Source: Kudoa neothunni (taxonomy: Eukaryota; Animalia; Cnidaria). Taken from it: a DNA stretch of 64,000 nucleotides. The translations under genes were made by a program, and so were the position numbers. The stretch lies in NCBI GenBank assembly GCA_964304625.1, contig OZ199838.1, positions 16,983,853-17,047,852 of the forward strand. The letters run 5' to 3'. Below are positions 27,892-41,229 of this stretch, one piece after another. Position 1 is the stretch's first letter. Each line of letters begins with the position of its first letter. The notes beneath the pieces are model-generated. The model did no database searches, was not told the origin of the DNA, and saw only the letters and a program-made list of their open reading frames with translations.

Positions 27892-29814
27892 CAGTCAAAC
27901 CTCGATATTGCGAGGTAAATCGTGGATTCAATTTTACTACGCAATACAAAATTAGTACGCAATGCCGATGCTCGCGCGTTGAAGGAAAATTGTATTTTTA
28001 TGATTTAACCTATTTTTTAAGCATAGAATCCAGAAATGAAAATATAAGTTAATTGTTGAATGAGGTTTCTTTTTATTTTGTGTGAAAAAAGTTCGTTATG
28101 GTAGTTTGGAGTTCTCTTTTTTTTAGTATTGAGATCAGTCGGTCCATTACAGGGTGTAGGTCGAATAAACCTTCAGGTTCTTCCGCGATAAAAGTTTCCC
28201 TTAAAGTTCGTATTTCTTCCCTAATTTTTTTTGTAGGAACCTTTTTTATAGCTTTGTCTATTTCATCCTTTTCATTATCAGATATATCATTTATGTCGCT
28301 ATTAATGACGGGATAGGAGTTTGCTTCATCGTGAACTTTTTCGTTAATTTCAGAGGATGATACGTCATCAAATGAGTCTAGTTAATTTTAGAAATTAATT
28401 TTTGATAGGATACCTTCATGAGTGTTATCATATTCTTGAATTTCTTGAATAGTTGTTGATGCTATTAAACATATATTTATAATTTTAATCAAAAACACCG
28501 GACTTTTTAAAGCAATTAATAATTGTTTCCTTCGAAACATTATTCCAAGCATTTTTTAACGTTTTTAATCGAATAAAGTATAGTTTTTTAATATTTATTC
28601 ATTATCATCCAATACACTAACCGAATGGAAAATTTTTTTATAGTTGCTTTTTAATGAGTTAATTATTCCTAAATCGCAAGGCTGTAATATTGATGTAGTA
28701 TTCTTCGGCAAAAATAAAAATTTAATATTTTCTAGACCGTCCATGTCTTTAGGGTGGGAGGGGCATTGGTCTAATAAGATTAAAACTTTTCTATTCTCTT
28801 TTTCAAACATATTGTTAAATTTTTTCATGATTTGAAAAAAGATAAAGGCGTTCATCCATGAGTTTTTCTGTGAAAAATATTCAATTGGTAGATGGGATAT
28901 ATTTTTAAAACAACGAGGCTTCTGATATTTACCAATTACAAATAATGGTAATTTTGAATCATCTAAGCTAAGGCCGCGGATACTAAAACCGTAACACGCT
29001 TCTTGGACACTTTAGATCCTCGGGCATCTTGTTCTGCTTTTAATACATAAGTTCGCTTATTAATTTATTGGTAAAAAAGCGCAGTCTCATCAACATTAAT
29101 AATATTTGTTGGATCGTAACTTTGCAGAATATCTTTATTCTCAAATTTCCAAACATATATTGAAGAAGAATCAGCACTAGATGCTTCCCCGTGAAGTCTT
29201 ACGGAATAAAGTCCAAATCTATTTTTAAAGCAAGCCAGCCATCCTCTACTTGCATTAAAATTGTCGATATTCTTTTCTTTGGCGATTGACAATGCTTTTG
29301 CTATTATAATTTCGCCAGAAATTTGTTTTTTATTATTTCGGGCATTTACAATCCACTTATAAACTTGGGTATCGACATCTTCATGTTTACCGTTAGAAAA
29401 TCGCTTTCTCTTGTTAGGAATATTGGAATCAGTAATTTTTTGTTCCATTGAGAGAATTCTACTGAGAGTTGAATATTCTTAACAAAAATTATCGTTATTA
29501 TTAATATAAAGTAAAAACATTTGAATACTTAGTCCGAATTTCATTACGGTCATTTTTTTGCACTTTTAACTGATTTAATTGAATTATAGTAATCAATAAT
29601 TTCATTGGTCTCATCAATATCTCGCTGCACTCTCGACATTGTCAATTTTACTGCGCAATATCGAATAATATACGCTTTCTTTTATTTAAAAAGTTTTTTC
29701 TTCACGATAATTTTATAATATTAGCATTAATATATCTAATATATTTTCCATTTTAACTAAAATAGAACAAATACAAGAGATATTGGGCTACTACGCAATA
29801 CCGAGGCACGACTG
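27892..29814 (-). mobile_element. Full-length pogo/Tigger element with disrupted transposase
   Basis: TA-flanked TIRs cagtcaaacctcgatattgcg / revcomp cagtcgtgcctcggtattgcg. Motifs: FNASRGWLACFKNRF, NVDETALFY, LLDQCPSH, LPKNTTSILQPCDLGII. Confidence 0.9.
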
Positions 29815-29829
29815 TAATTAGTTATCGAA

Positions 29830-31450
29830 ATGGCATGACGAAATTTCGCCAATGTCGCTACGCACGCACATGCAGAAACATGTGGACGATTCAAGCATGC
29901 TAGTATGATTTGAACGCATGCGCCGTTGCAAAAACTCAACATTTCTGGTGAATCTAATTTTAACAAACCAAATTATTTGCAATTTAAAACCATAAGGAAG
30001 GAAGTAAAAATCATGTTCAATAGATTTAGTTATGTGATGGATTGTTCAAATGGTAACAATCAATATTGGAGATGTCAATACAGAATATTTAAAGGAAGGC
30101 TTAGAACTTCACAATTGGATGATATCTTGCAAATTGAAGAAAAATGACCCATAATCGTTCTTTATCCGTTAATGAAATAAGAAAAATTACTCTTCATCAA
30201 AAAATCAAGGATTCGGCTGAAAGTACAAAATATCCACTAATAAAGTTTATTCTATAACCACAAAGTTTATCAATCTTCATGATCTCCCGATAATTTCAAA
30301 GAATTCAATGTATAAAAATATTCAAAATTCTAGAAAATTGAACTCCATTGATGTCAACTACGAATCCAACTTATATGACTTAAATATCAAATTATTCGGA
30401 AATATAAATTTGGCGCTATGCAACTCCGATTCCAAGGATGCTGAATGTGTCATTATTTTTTCTACTCTCCAAAACCTTGTACATTTGAATAATTCAGAAG
30501 TTAGGATATTTCAAGGGACGTTCAAGGCGGTGCCAAGAGAGTTCTCACAATTATACATGATTCATGGGAGGATATTGGGCAAGGATTTTCCACTCATATA
30601 TGTATTAATGGCAAATCGAATCGAAACGATGTATGCCAAAATTTTGTGCATTCTCAAAGATAAGAAAATGAAGTTTACCAAATTTTTGATTATCGACTTT
30701 AAAAACTAAGTATTCAATGCTTTTAAAAGGACATCAAATAATAAGTCCATAAAATTCTGCCTTTTTCATTTTGAACAATGCGTCCGGAGACGAATACAAC
30801 AAGATGGATTATCTAATTTATATGAAAATAACGTTGATTTCAAGTTTTATATCAAATGTTTCTTGTTCCAATAGATTTTGTTCGCTATGAGCTTACCAAA
30901 TTGAAAAATAAAAGAAATAAGTTTGTTGATGTGGATTTAGCATCGTTTATAACTTATTTCGAAAACAACTTTATAAATTATTCAAGATTTTTAGTAGAAA
31001 ATTGGAATGCTTTCGACTGTGTTATTGAGGGAATAAACCTAATATCGAATTAGGCAGAACCATTCAACTGTCATTTTCATAATCGATTCTATCAGAACCA
31101 TGCTGGCTTACAAACATTTATGGAGGTATTAAAAGAAACACAGAGTAATACCGAACACGATATTCAATCTTGCATATGCAATCCAAATTCTATTTTATAT
31201 GAAACACATAATGTACTAAAAATGGATAAAATTAAAGATTTCCTCCTTAAATATGAGAAATATTACGAAACGTATAATTTGGAAGCTATTTCCTTGATGT
31301 GTATTTGGAAATTAAGCTAAAATTATATTTTGTAATTAAATTAACTCTCGTCTATAAATATTTTTGTAGTTTGCCTTATATATTCGTGAATTTATAATTT
31401 AACGCAGTTTGTGCGTGCGCAGACGTCGAAAAGTCCCCGGCTGATTTTTA
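29830..31450 (+). mobile_element. MULE element, degenerate; same subfamily as 20900-22303
   Basis: YWRCQY..KGRLRT, GTFKAVPREFSQLYMIHG, FPLIYVLM, IIDF, CLFHF, YFENNFI...WNA. Weakly inverted GCACGCAC-containing ends. Confidence 0.8.
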
Positions 31451-31610
31451 ACAATTACCTAACCAAAATTTTTTATAATTCAAATGTCATAATAGCATAT
31501 TAGGCCATTGAAACACATTTCTATACAGAACACACTAATATTACTATTAAAATGAATATTTCTAAATTACTACGTAACTTGGTTCTGTATGGAATATTAT
31601 CGCACTACTA

Positions 31611-34600
31611 TCATGCTTTGATGTAAATATTTTCACATTTTTCGTAAATTTCATTCTTTTTGACGCTTCTGTAGCGTATTACCGCACCAGCGATTGCCAT
31701 AGCCACTAAGGCTACTGCAGCACCTGCCACAATCATCTTGAAATGATCTTTTGCTAATACATTATTAGACTCTCCTAATGCTGCAGAACTTTGATATAAG
31801 CCCACATGATCGCTTTCGTGATTATCATGTTCTACAGAATTTTGAGATACATCTACCATATTTATGGTAGTCCCAACTGATTCAGTAGATGATTGGTTGC
31901 TGTTTAAATTTTTAACATAATCTTCGTCTTTTATCATTGCTGTATCAAGTTTATTCCTAAATTCTTCTGCTTCTCTTGGAATAGTGGCTTCGATTTGATC
32001 GTTATTTATTGTAATTTTAATAGGATCTTTATTTCGATCAAGGAAACTCTCTATTGTTGAGATAAGTACAGTGTATTTTATGTCCAATTCATCTAAATTG
32101 TTTTCATTAGTTTCCGAACCAATTTTCGTTAATAATGATTGAATTTGATCTAATAAGTCGGCAGCTTTAGATTTTTTTTCGGAATATTCATTGTCAATGC
32201 TATTTTGTTGGTTAATATAATGCGTATTGGCTTCGGAAATGGTTTCTGATACGTTTTTCAAATTCTCCTCAAATTTTTCTATCAAACTTTGTTGTGTAAC
32301 TTCCATTTCATTAAATTTCAATGTCAACTCCTCAGGAATATCATGATGTAAACCGCTGGATTTAGTTAACATTGCGTTATGTGCTGCTTTGTATTCTTCA
32401 AACTTATTTAAAGTTGTAGACTTTTCATTTTCTAATAATTTAGTCTGTGATTCACCATTAGTTGAAATTTCGGCTTGTTTATCCTTTATCAAATCCTTAT
32501 TTTTTTCGTATTGAGACTGAATTGCTGCCAAGAAGCTATTAAGCTTTCCTTTTTTTTCAGCGAGTTTTTTGGTAGCTTCATTAATTGTAGAGGCTGTTTC
32601 TTCGAATGAATTCAATTTCTTAAAGAATGAATTAAGTTTAGTTTTTTCATTTAAAACATTCCTGGAGTACTCTTCAATAAATTGTGCTTCAACAGCAATC
32701 TCACTATTCACGTTGCTTTTCATAGTAGACAATTGTGTCAATTCCTGTTTCATGTTGTCGGTTGTAGCTTTGAATAAATCAAACTTTTTTTTCAAATCAA
32801 CTTTCATTTTTTCAATTATTTCCACATCATTATTTGAAAATGCAGATTTATCATTATTAAATGTGTTATATTTTTGAAGAAGGCTCATTATGTCACTCTT
32901 GGCGGTTTCCAAAGTTGCAGTGTTCTTCTCATAGTTTGTAGAAATTGAAGACAATTCATTTTCATGATTCTTTATTTTATTATCTACTTCAGTAACAGAT
33001 TCACCACACGCGATATTTAGATCTTTCAAACTCGAAAAATTATTTTCCACCGAGAATTCTCCTTCCAGGTGTCGCACAATTATTGAACTCTGGTTAATTG
33101 ATTCAATCTTTGCTACCTTGTCGTTAGCTTCTTTGATGGTTTTTGTATAATATTCATTCTCTTTTTTATAACCATTGCTTTTGGTATTGAGTGTTTCTTT
33201 GTAGTTTTCAAATAAATCGGTGAGTTCATCTTTGATTCTTGTGAAAGAAGTTTTATCCATGATTTCGACTGTTTTTAGTCCATACTCAAGAGATTCCACC
33301 ATATTAGCATGCACATTTTCCATATTTTTGACTTCTATTTCGTAACCGGATTTCAAGGATTTCAATTTGTTAATTTCGTCAACTATACCAGGGATCATGA
33401 GTTTAATACTTTCGTAGGATTTTTCATAGTTTTTGATATCATTTGATAGTTTTTCAACTTCATTATTGAGATTTAAATTTAAATTTGATTTTTCTTTAGA
33501 GATCAATAATTCAAATTCACCAGGCGTAATATTTTTACTAGTTGATAATTTCTTTTTTGCTTCTTCTATATTTTTATAATCTTGGGTTAATTTTTGAGTA
33601 TGCTCAATGATACTATTCATAAGTACTTTATTTTCGTTGATTTTGGATTGAGCATAATCAATTTGGGATTTTAAATTATTCTTATTTATCGTGGTTTGGC
33701 TCAATTTTTCTTTGGTAACGTCAACCAAGTTAGAAAACCAGCCTGACATTTCATTAGCTTTAGTTATGAGAAATGAGGATTTATTTTTGGGGAGTGACAA
33801 TTTGAAACGATCATTATTATCTTTCACTTTTTGTATGGTTTCCGATGCTGTGGTCAAACTATCTTCTATTGTTGTTAATTGTGTATTATCAATTTGGGAT
33901 TCATATGAACCTAAATTTTTTAACAGTTCCTCCTTTCTACTACCAATATCATTCAATTTGGTGGCGGGATTTGTAAAGGATAGCATATCATCTAATTTTT
34001 TCTGATTAAGGTTTTTTCGATATAGTGGAATTTCTTCTTTTGTTATGGTTTCGATTTCAGATTTCAACGTTTGGTAGGTTTTTAAAGTATTTGTATTCTC
34101 AGTTTTCAATTGGTCGGAAGTTCTTTGCAACTTTTCAACATTATTATTAACTTGAGTATACAAGTTTTCAACTTTTTTAAACTCAAGATTTAAACTTGTG
34201 TTAAATGATTGTCTTGTCTCCTTCAAAAATTTTTGAATTTTATTGTTTAATCTTTTACCGCTAAACGTTCGATCTCTTAATTCGGATACTGACGGGAGTT
34301 TGTTGATTTGTGATATATAATCATCAATTTTCTTTTTTATAGGTTGTATGCGGTTAATGGCAACAGACGTCGCTTTAGTTAATTCGTCTAAATTTTTTAG
34401 TGTTAACGTAATTTCAGTTATAAATCCTTTAGTTTTGGAATCCAGATTTTTGTACGAGTTAAGCGCTGCTTGTAGTTCACCAATTTTTTTTTTCATTTTA
34501 TTCAACAAATCTTCCGAGATATAAGTCGTTGATGATAAATCACTTTGTGTTTTTGTTAGCAAACTTTCAATTTCATCTTCTTTGTCAATAGGCACGCTCC

Positions 34601-35498
34601 CAATCTTCAAATTATTTAGAATTGAAGTGAAATTTTTATAATTATTCAAATAATTTTCAAACAATTCTTGATTGTACTGTGTGATAAAAGATTGCATCTC
34701 AGATTTGATGTTTTCAAAGTATGGAACCATTGCCTCTGTCATTTTAGTATAGAAAGGGTCCATTATTTCATTTCTTTCTTTTATTACCTGAGTTAACTTA
34801 ATTGTGGGATCAACAAGGCAGTATTTTTTGTTATATCTATAATTGTCTAAACTTTGTCGGTAATTTTTCATTGTTTGTATGGAATTTGGCATGTCTTTAA
34901 TTGAAGTTAGCATATCGAATCCTAATTTATAAGAATAACAATCATTATAATCAGTAGCATTCACATCTTGATAAAATTTGAGCTGTGCATTTAAAAATTG
35001 TACAGCTTTATCATGCTCCTCTTGATATTTATTTGTGGAGTGGCATGCATTCTTGAATTGTTTGAAATCTCCGGCGGCCGTATGTAAACGTGACAAATTA
35101 TCTCTACATAATCTCTCCATTGGCTTTTCGGTAACATATTGTTTAAATGGTTCTACTTCATAGATTTCATACGCTTGAACAAGCAAGAACAGTTCTTTTC
35201 GCAACAAATTATCTATTTTCTCGTCAGTATAACGAAGCATGTGAGATTTGTATTTTTCCCTTGCGTTTTGAAGGGTTTTCACCATTATTTGAGATCTTTT
35301 AGTTTCTTCGTTCAACATATTGTATTTTTGTATATAGTCTTGCCTTAATTTATCATAGATTTCACACGTGGACACATTTTCATAGTTTATTGTAGGAGTA
35401 GTGGAATAAGATGACAATGTCATCAACAACACGGAGTCTATGCAACTAATTAGTCAATCTAAATAATAATAGTTTTTACATATTAGTTGATTGAACAT
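31611..35498 (-). CDS. Large (1281 aa) type I membrane/surface protein, intact paralog of 2921-6801
   Basis: Exon 1 is 35498-35480. A 42-nt phase-1 intron 35479-35438 (gtaaaa...gactaat...catag) gives MFNQLIYSVLLMTLSSYS. Exon 2 is open to 31611. It is colinear with the paralog (CxxYD, EKID, IYExxPF, DPFY, MVESLxxGLKTV, SVENN). TM MIVAGAAVALVAMAIAGAVI; tail RYRSVKKNEIYEKCENIYIKA. Confidence 0.92.
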
Positions 35499-37088
35499 AG
35501 TCGAAAATTTTGTTATGGCTTCTGACTTTCCTTATCAGCAGTTTGTTAGATTAGTTTATTAGGTTATTACACAATCGTAAATATATACAAGAAATGTTTT
35601 AATCAGCTTATACAAATTCTATCTATTATAGGAGTCTGTATAGATAATTAATAATAGAAAGAATGAATGCTATTCAATTTTAATAAAATGTATTGTAGTG
35701 CAATTTGTAAGTGTATTACATTTAGGATATTTAATTGTTAGTTATTTATTTTTGTGGAATTATAATTTTCTTTAAATTTAATAGTTGTTAAAATTTTATG
35801 ATTTAATAAGTAATTAATAATAGCATAACTTTTGTATCCTATATATGAAAGTCACGATCATAATTGATACCCGAAGGTTCTTAGGTTATTAAATTCCACG
35901 TGATTAAATATAATCAAATAATCATAGATAATGCATTGTCTTTCTATTCATATTAAATTAAACTAAATGATCAAATAAAAACAAAATGAATAAATTCATC
36001 TCTATTTGATGGATGGAATTATATAAAGATGGAGACATTCAATGAGAAGCATTTTGACATTATCAATTAATTCATCACAAATACTTATTAAGAATTTTCA
36101 TTATATGAGATATGAATGGACAAAAATGAATAAATGTATAAGTGTAATAGATAATTAGTGAATTTTTTTAATTTTTCCAAAAATTAAAATTGCAGAACCT
36201 TCATTGATACCAGTAACCCTTTAACGCAGGGGTTCTCAACCGGGGATAAATTTTCCCCTTGGAAGTAAAATATAAAAGACAGGGGGTAAACTAAGTAACG
36301 TCAAAATTAGATGTATAAATTTTTGCATAATCGGTTTGGGATGCATGATATAATTCCTTAGGAATTATATTATGTGGGGATATTAAAATCAATAACAATC
36401 TGGGGGGAATTCTTTTAATGTTTTTAGGAATAAGTTTTTAACAGCTAATTATAAAACTATAGCGACAAAGCCCCGCTTCGCGCGAACTTCCTTGCCCGGC
36501 CAAGTAGACTAAAGCCTTGAGTAGGTCATGGTCATGTCAGTTTAAGGTAAATTAAGAATATTTAGATAAATAATACAAGGATGAGTCGTAATATTCGGCT
36601 ATGCTCGAGGTTTTGAGAATATCTAATTCAGAAAAAAAATTGAAAAAAAAATGATTTAAATTATATTTTTTAAAATAATAAATGTTTCATTATGTTAATA
36701 GCACAAATATTTGTCGAAAATTTACTACGCGAAATAAACTGCCATAAACGAAACTTAACAAAATTTTACTTAATAATGTAATTAGTTTTTATATTTAAGA
36801 AGAAAAAGAAAAAAACCTAATAAAAACAAATGAAAATCATTTCGTTTAAATCTCATCATCATTATTTGCTGCATCCGTGGTTTTAAGAAACCATGAAAAG
36901 CAACTAGAAATCGACGTATACGTGCAGAATTACAACGGAATACAACTATACAGTCAACGCATAAAGGGATATAGAATCCGAAATTGAATTCTCACTTGAA
37001 TTTTTTTAGGGGCCTGTTAGTTGAATCATACTTATAACAATGTGGTAGATTAAATTTTTAACATTAAACCTTATAAACTCTTACCAGC

Positions 37089-37138
37089 GAAATTTCGTCA
37101 AACACTAAATTTTGAAATTTCGTCAAACACTAAATTTT
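37089..37138. repeat. Perfect 25-bp tandem duplication
   Basis: gaaatttcgtcaaacactaaatttt x2. Confidence 0.9.
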
Positions 37139-40100
37139 GAAAAATGCAGACAAACAAAATTCAAAATACTTCCACAAGCATATTCAAAGATATGACAACA
37201 TAATACAAAGCCACTTTTAGATCTAACGCGTTTATTTAATCAGGATTTGTTGTTACTTTAAGATTTGGGGTCAAATTGGCCCTGGAATTGGATTGTAGTA
37301 GTTTTAAGACGATGGCGAACCGACATTTTACAAAATATATTTCTTGGAAGATTTGCATATGTAAACATAGAATTGATCAGCAACACGTTCCCAGAATAGA
37401 TACAGATACGTATTTTTCTAACAACCAATATATGTTTAACAAGCAAAATAGCCAAACCTACCATTTTTAGATTGTTTGGAAATCCACCCAATTTCTCATC
37501 CTATTTCAATGAAAGATACTAATGGCATTCTTAAGTAAATAGAGGTTGATATAACACTTCAAGTCACTATTAATGGTCCCCATAAAGTTAGATCAGCAGC
37601 GTGAAGTATTAGACATTTTTTTGTAAAATTAACGCAACACACTTCAAACAATAATCGAAGCACAATAATCGCATAACCTACTGCAACACCCAAAATTAAA
37701 TGTCGGGGATGATGAATGTTATCAGTTTTGCACTCCAAAAATTGGCAAACAAAAGTGTGTCGTGTAAAGTTTCTACTTATATCGCTTAATGATGATACAA
37801 TAATGTTCCACATAACATGGTAGATATATTCCGAAAAATAAAATCAAAGAAACATTGTTTCATATAAATAAATTTGAATGAAATTTATATAAACACTGAA
37901 TTTAAATAGGCGAGTAAGATCCATAAAGATAAGAAAATGATAGCATAGCCAGTTACCGTAATATCTCCCTATAAACTATATTTTTGGTCCGACCATTCAT
38001 TTGGAGAAAAACTGTATAAATTGTGTTTGGAACCTACCCTGGAGTTGGCGACATACAACTGCTCATGAGAAAAACGCGGTTCCTCCAAATTTAAATTGGC
38101 AACTTTGAAGGTTTCCCCCTGGGTCTTATTTACGAACATTGCAAAGCATGGTTTGATGGGAAATAGCAGTCTTCTAAAATTAAAGGTGGCGTCTGAAGGG
38201 GCAATCGGAATATTTACATTCTCTTAGGCACAACCAGTTACGATAGTGGCCAAAATAAGATAAGACATTAGCGACTTTACCATTAAACGAGTGCCGTAAC
38301 ACAACCTTGGTGAATCTAAACTTCTTATCAATATAATTGGAATGGCTAACTTTAGAAGAATCTTGTGCGAAGGAACCCCCGAAAGCTCTAGAGTCTAGAC
38401 TGTTGAGGAATTCAACAGGGAAATTGACACACTGATATTTGTTCACAACAGTGACATATGGTTTATACACTGAAGAGTCGCCTGGAATAAGACGAATCAA
38501 TCTATCATCGATTTTGTTTACGGAATGGTTTGTGGGGGTTTAGATAGTTCGTTCTGAGAGCCAATTTGAGTATGAAAAGTTTGTTTGTATTTCTAGTAAA
38601 ATACGGTCTATCAATTCATCCATGAACAAAACCAGGTTTGGCACGGAGCATAGAGGATACATCCATCGGACTCAATGGTAAGTTGATCATCACCAATCCG
38701 TAGTATTTCTGAAATAGATTGACTGGCTCCTTATTCGTTGATGATTTGCACTCAAATATTGGCGGTGAGATGGATGGTTTAACGTTTGCCCATGTGGAAG
38801 AGAACTTTATGGAACATTTTACTTGGTCATATCTTGTACCTCTCGTTATTAAGGGTAGAGTTTAACTAAAATCGCCGGACAAAATCATTGTGATTCCGCC
38901 AAATGGAATGTTTTTGTATGCTAAATCCCTTATTCTTCTATTTAAAGCTACGAAAAACACTCTGTTTGCCAACGTACATTCATCCCATATGATGATCGTG
39001 CATCTGGTCAACAATTGGGACAAACCTGCTTCCTTTCTGATTGCACATACTTCGGCACCATCACCCTTAATCGCGATTAGCAACATAAATATACTGTGGG
39101 CCGTGCCATTCCCTGGTAATAAAGTGGCTGCAATACCCGGAGAAGCAACAGCGAGAAAATTTTAGAATCTATTCTTAATTAGGCAAATAAAAGTTTTGTC
39201 ATTAATTTCTGAACTATATTACCTGGTGCACCAAAAAAAAAACGTTACAAACACCTATATCGTAATAAATGCTCCCCAACACTGTTTTGAATGCAAATTG
39301 TCGGTCAGTTGTCAGTTTCGTCATGTTTATTTCAACCAACTCGGATAATTGTTCAGTGTTGTAGGAAACTCTCTCTGGATTTTGTTTGGAAGAGGGACGC
39401 AAAATGTTTTGTCCAAATGAGGAAATCCGTATGAATTTAACATTACTCCATCCATTTGAATCAAGTGTTGTCTGTGTCAATTAGGGTCATGTTAAAAATG
39501 TCAGAATTAAAAATCACCTTTGGCATTAAACTGGTTTGTTACAGTTGATACCGCTAACCTTCCGACATAGGTTTCCTAAAAAGTAACCACAGTTTATGAA
39601 GCTGGCGCATTTCGCAATTTCTGATCAACTGTGCGAATAATTTTCGTAATTGACGTGGACTGTTTGCATGAGCAGCTTCCCTTAATATACATTCTCAGTG
39701 GTTGTCTCCCTTCAACAAATCACTTTCATTGCACGCTTCAAGGAATATTGGATATACCTGGCCGTGAACCTTTTTATGATTTTCAAAAGTTTTAGGCCCA
39801 TTTACACAATGGAGCAACATCCTCAAATAAAAACATTCTTGATATGAAAGATGTACACTGTAAACTCTTCCTATTGTAGAGTCGAATCGTATGCCTGGAT
39901 GGCCTTCAACTGGACATCCTCTTTTCCCAATGCCAAACTATTGTCCGACCATATGTAATAAGATGAGACAGAGCGAATTCGTCATTCTGGCATAGGCTGA
40001 AAAAGCGGTTAATCTCGTGTCCCTTTGGATTTTGTAACCGATTCAACAAAGTTTCGTCGGTGAAATAAATACGCTGACCGTTCTCCGAAATCCCTCACTA

Positions 40101-40846
40101 CTGCTTATGTAGCGACCAGGCTGGTAATTGGAAACTTCATCCAAACGATCTTCTTGATTAGCAGCAAACATGGTCGCATCAAAACCTTTGTTTACATACT
40201 TGCATATATATTTGGGGGTCTTGACTGAATTGTAATACTCTACATTAATATGAGTATTGAAAATCTTCGTCAACAAAGGACAATAGGGAACAATCCACTT
40301 ATTTTCTATGATGATTTCCCTATCGTTGTTCAGATGGATTGACGCACCAAAACCCCATCTTCAGGTCTTCTGTAAACATGATATCTATCAGTATTCGTCT
40401 GGGATAGTTTTTGGTGCATTCTCTCTGATCATACATGTATGGGCTTTTTGGATTCAACGCACCACAGAGACCATGGTTGTTCTTACAATCTAAAACAATA
40501 CTGGACCTACACCTGGGTCTGGTAATTCGTTCGATATGAATTTGTCGATATCATTGGAACGCAGTTTCTGGTTCATCCAGACCAATATATGAGCGTGTGG
40601 AAGCCCTCTTTGCTGTCACTCAATAGTATACATATAACACTGAATTTCACCATAAAACTTCAATCTATGAATTAAAATCATCAAAACATTTAACTTCAAG
40701 TTGAATACTCTATCTACTATGTCCAGTCTCCCTTTAGATGCTTGGCTAGGAAATAACTCTTCATTCAGTTAACTCCAAAATGGATTACATGTGAATGTTA
40801 TAAATAGGTCTGGCCCTCTAAAACATCGAACGTAGGTCATGGCAAG

Positions 40847-41229
40847 TGTCATGTACATAATCTCTTCTTTTAACAACGTTAAGTATTATAACCTCCTCCC
40901 AGCTCCAAAGTACAACACTTAACTTTTTCCTAGCAACCGACTAATGTGATTCATAATCATCGTAAATGATTCTTCCCAATATTCAACAAATAGAAATACT
41001 CATTCCTTAACATCCATTTCATAACCTTATCCTACAAGACGCCGGTAAATGAATATCTCCAAACATCACGTATTCCACGACGAGTTCACGCCACAACGCG
41101 GGTTGCTTCAATACAAAAATGTAGCATTTAAACATTGTAGTAATTTATCATTAGTCTAATCCCCTTTGTTGTTTTACTTTCAAACTGTTTTCTTTTACTG
41201 GCGCTAGCATTCATAACTTAGTTACAACA
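40847..41229. mobile_element. 383-bp solo LTR inserted in the Helitron coding region
   Basis: TGTCAT...ACAACA. It interrupts the MQLAMTYV segment that is contiguous in copy A (atgcagcttgcc). The TSD is degenerate (gcaag/acagg). Homologous to 8429-9838. Confidence 0.8.

Noticed and set aside
3123-35348. Short antisense ORFs within the giant genes and TEs (e.g. 4446-4790, 32569-32877, 33691-34005)
   Set aside because: These are shadow ORFs of the coding strand with no independent motifs.
37190-37830. Host gene fragment captured in the 3' part of Helitron B
   Set aside because: No recognisable domain or consistent reading frame.
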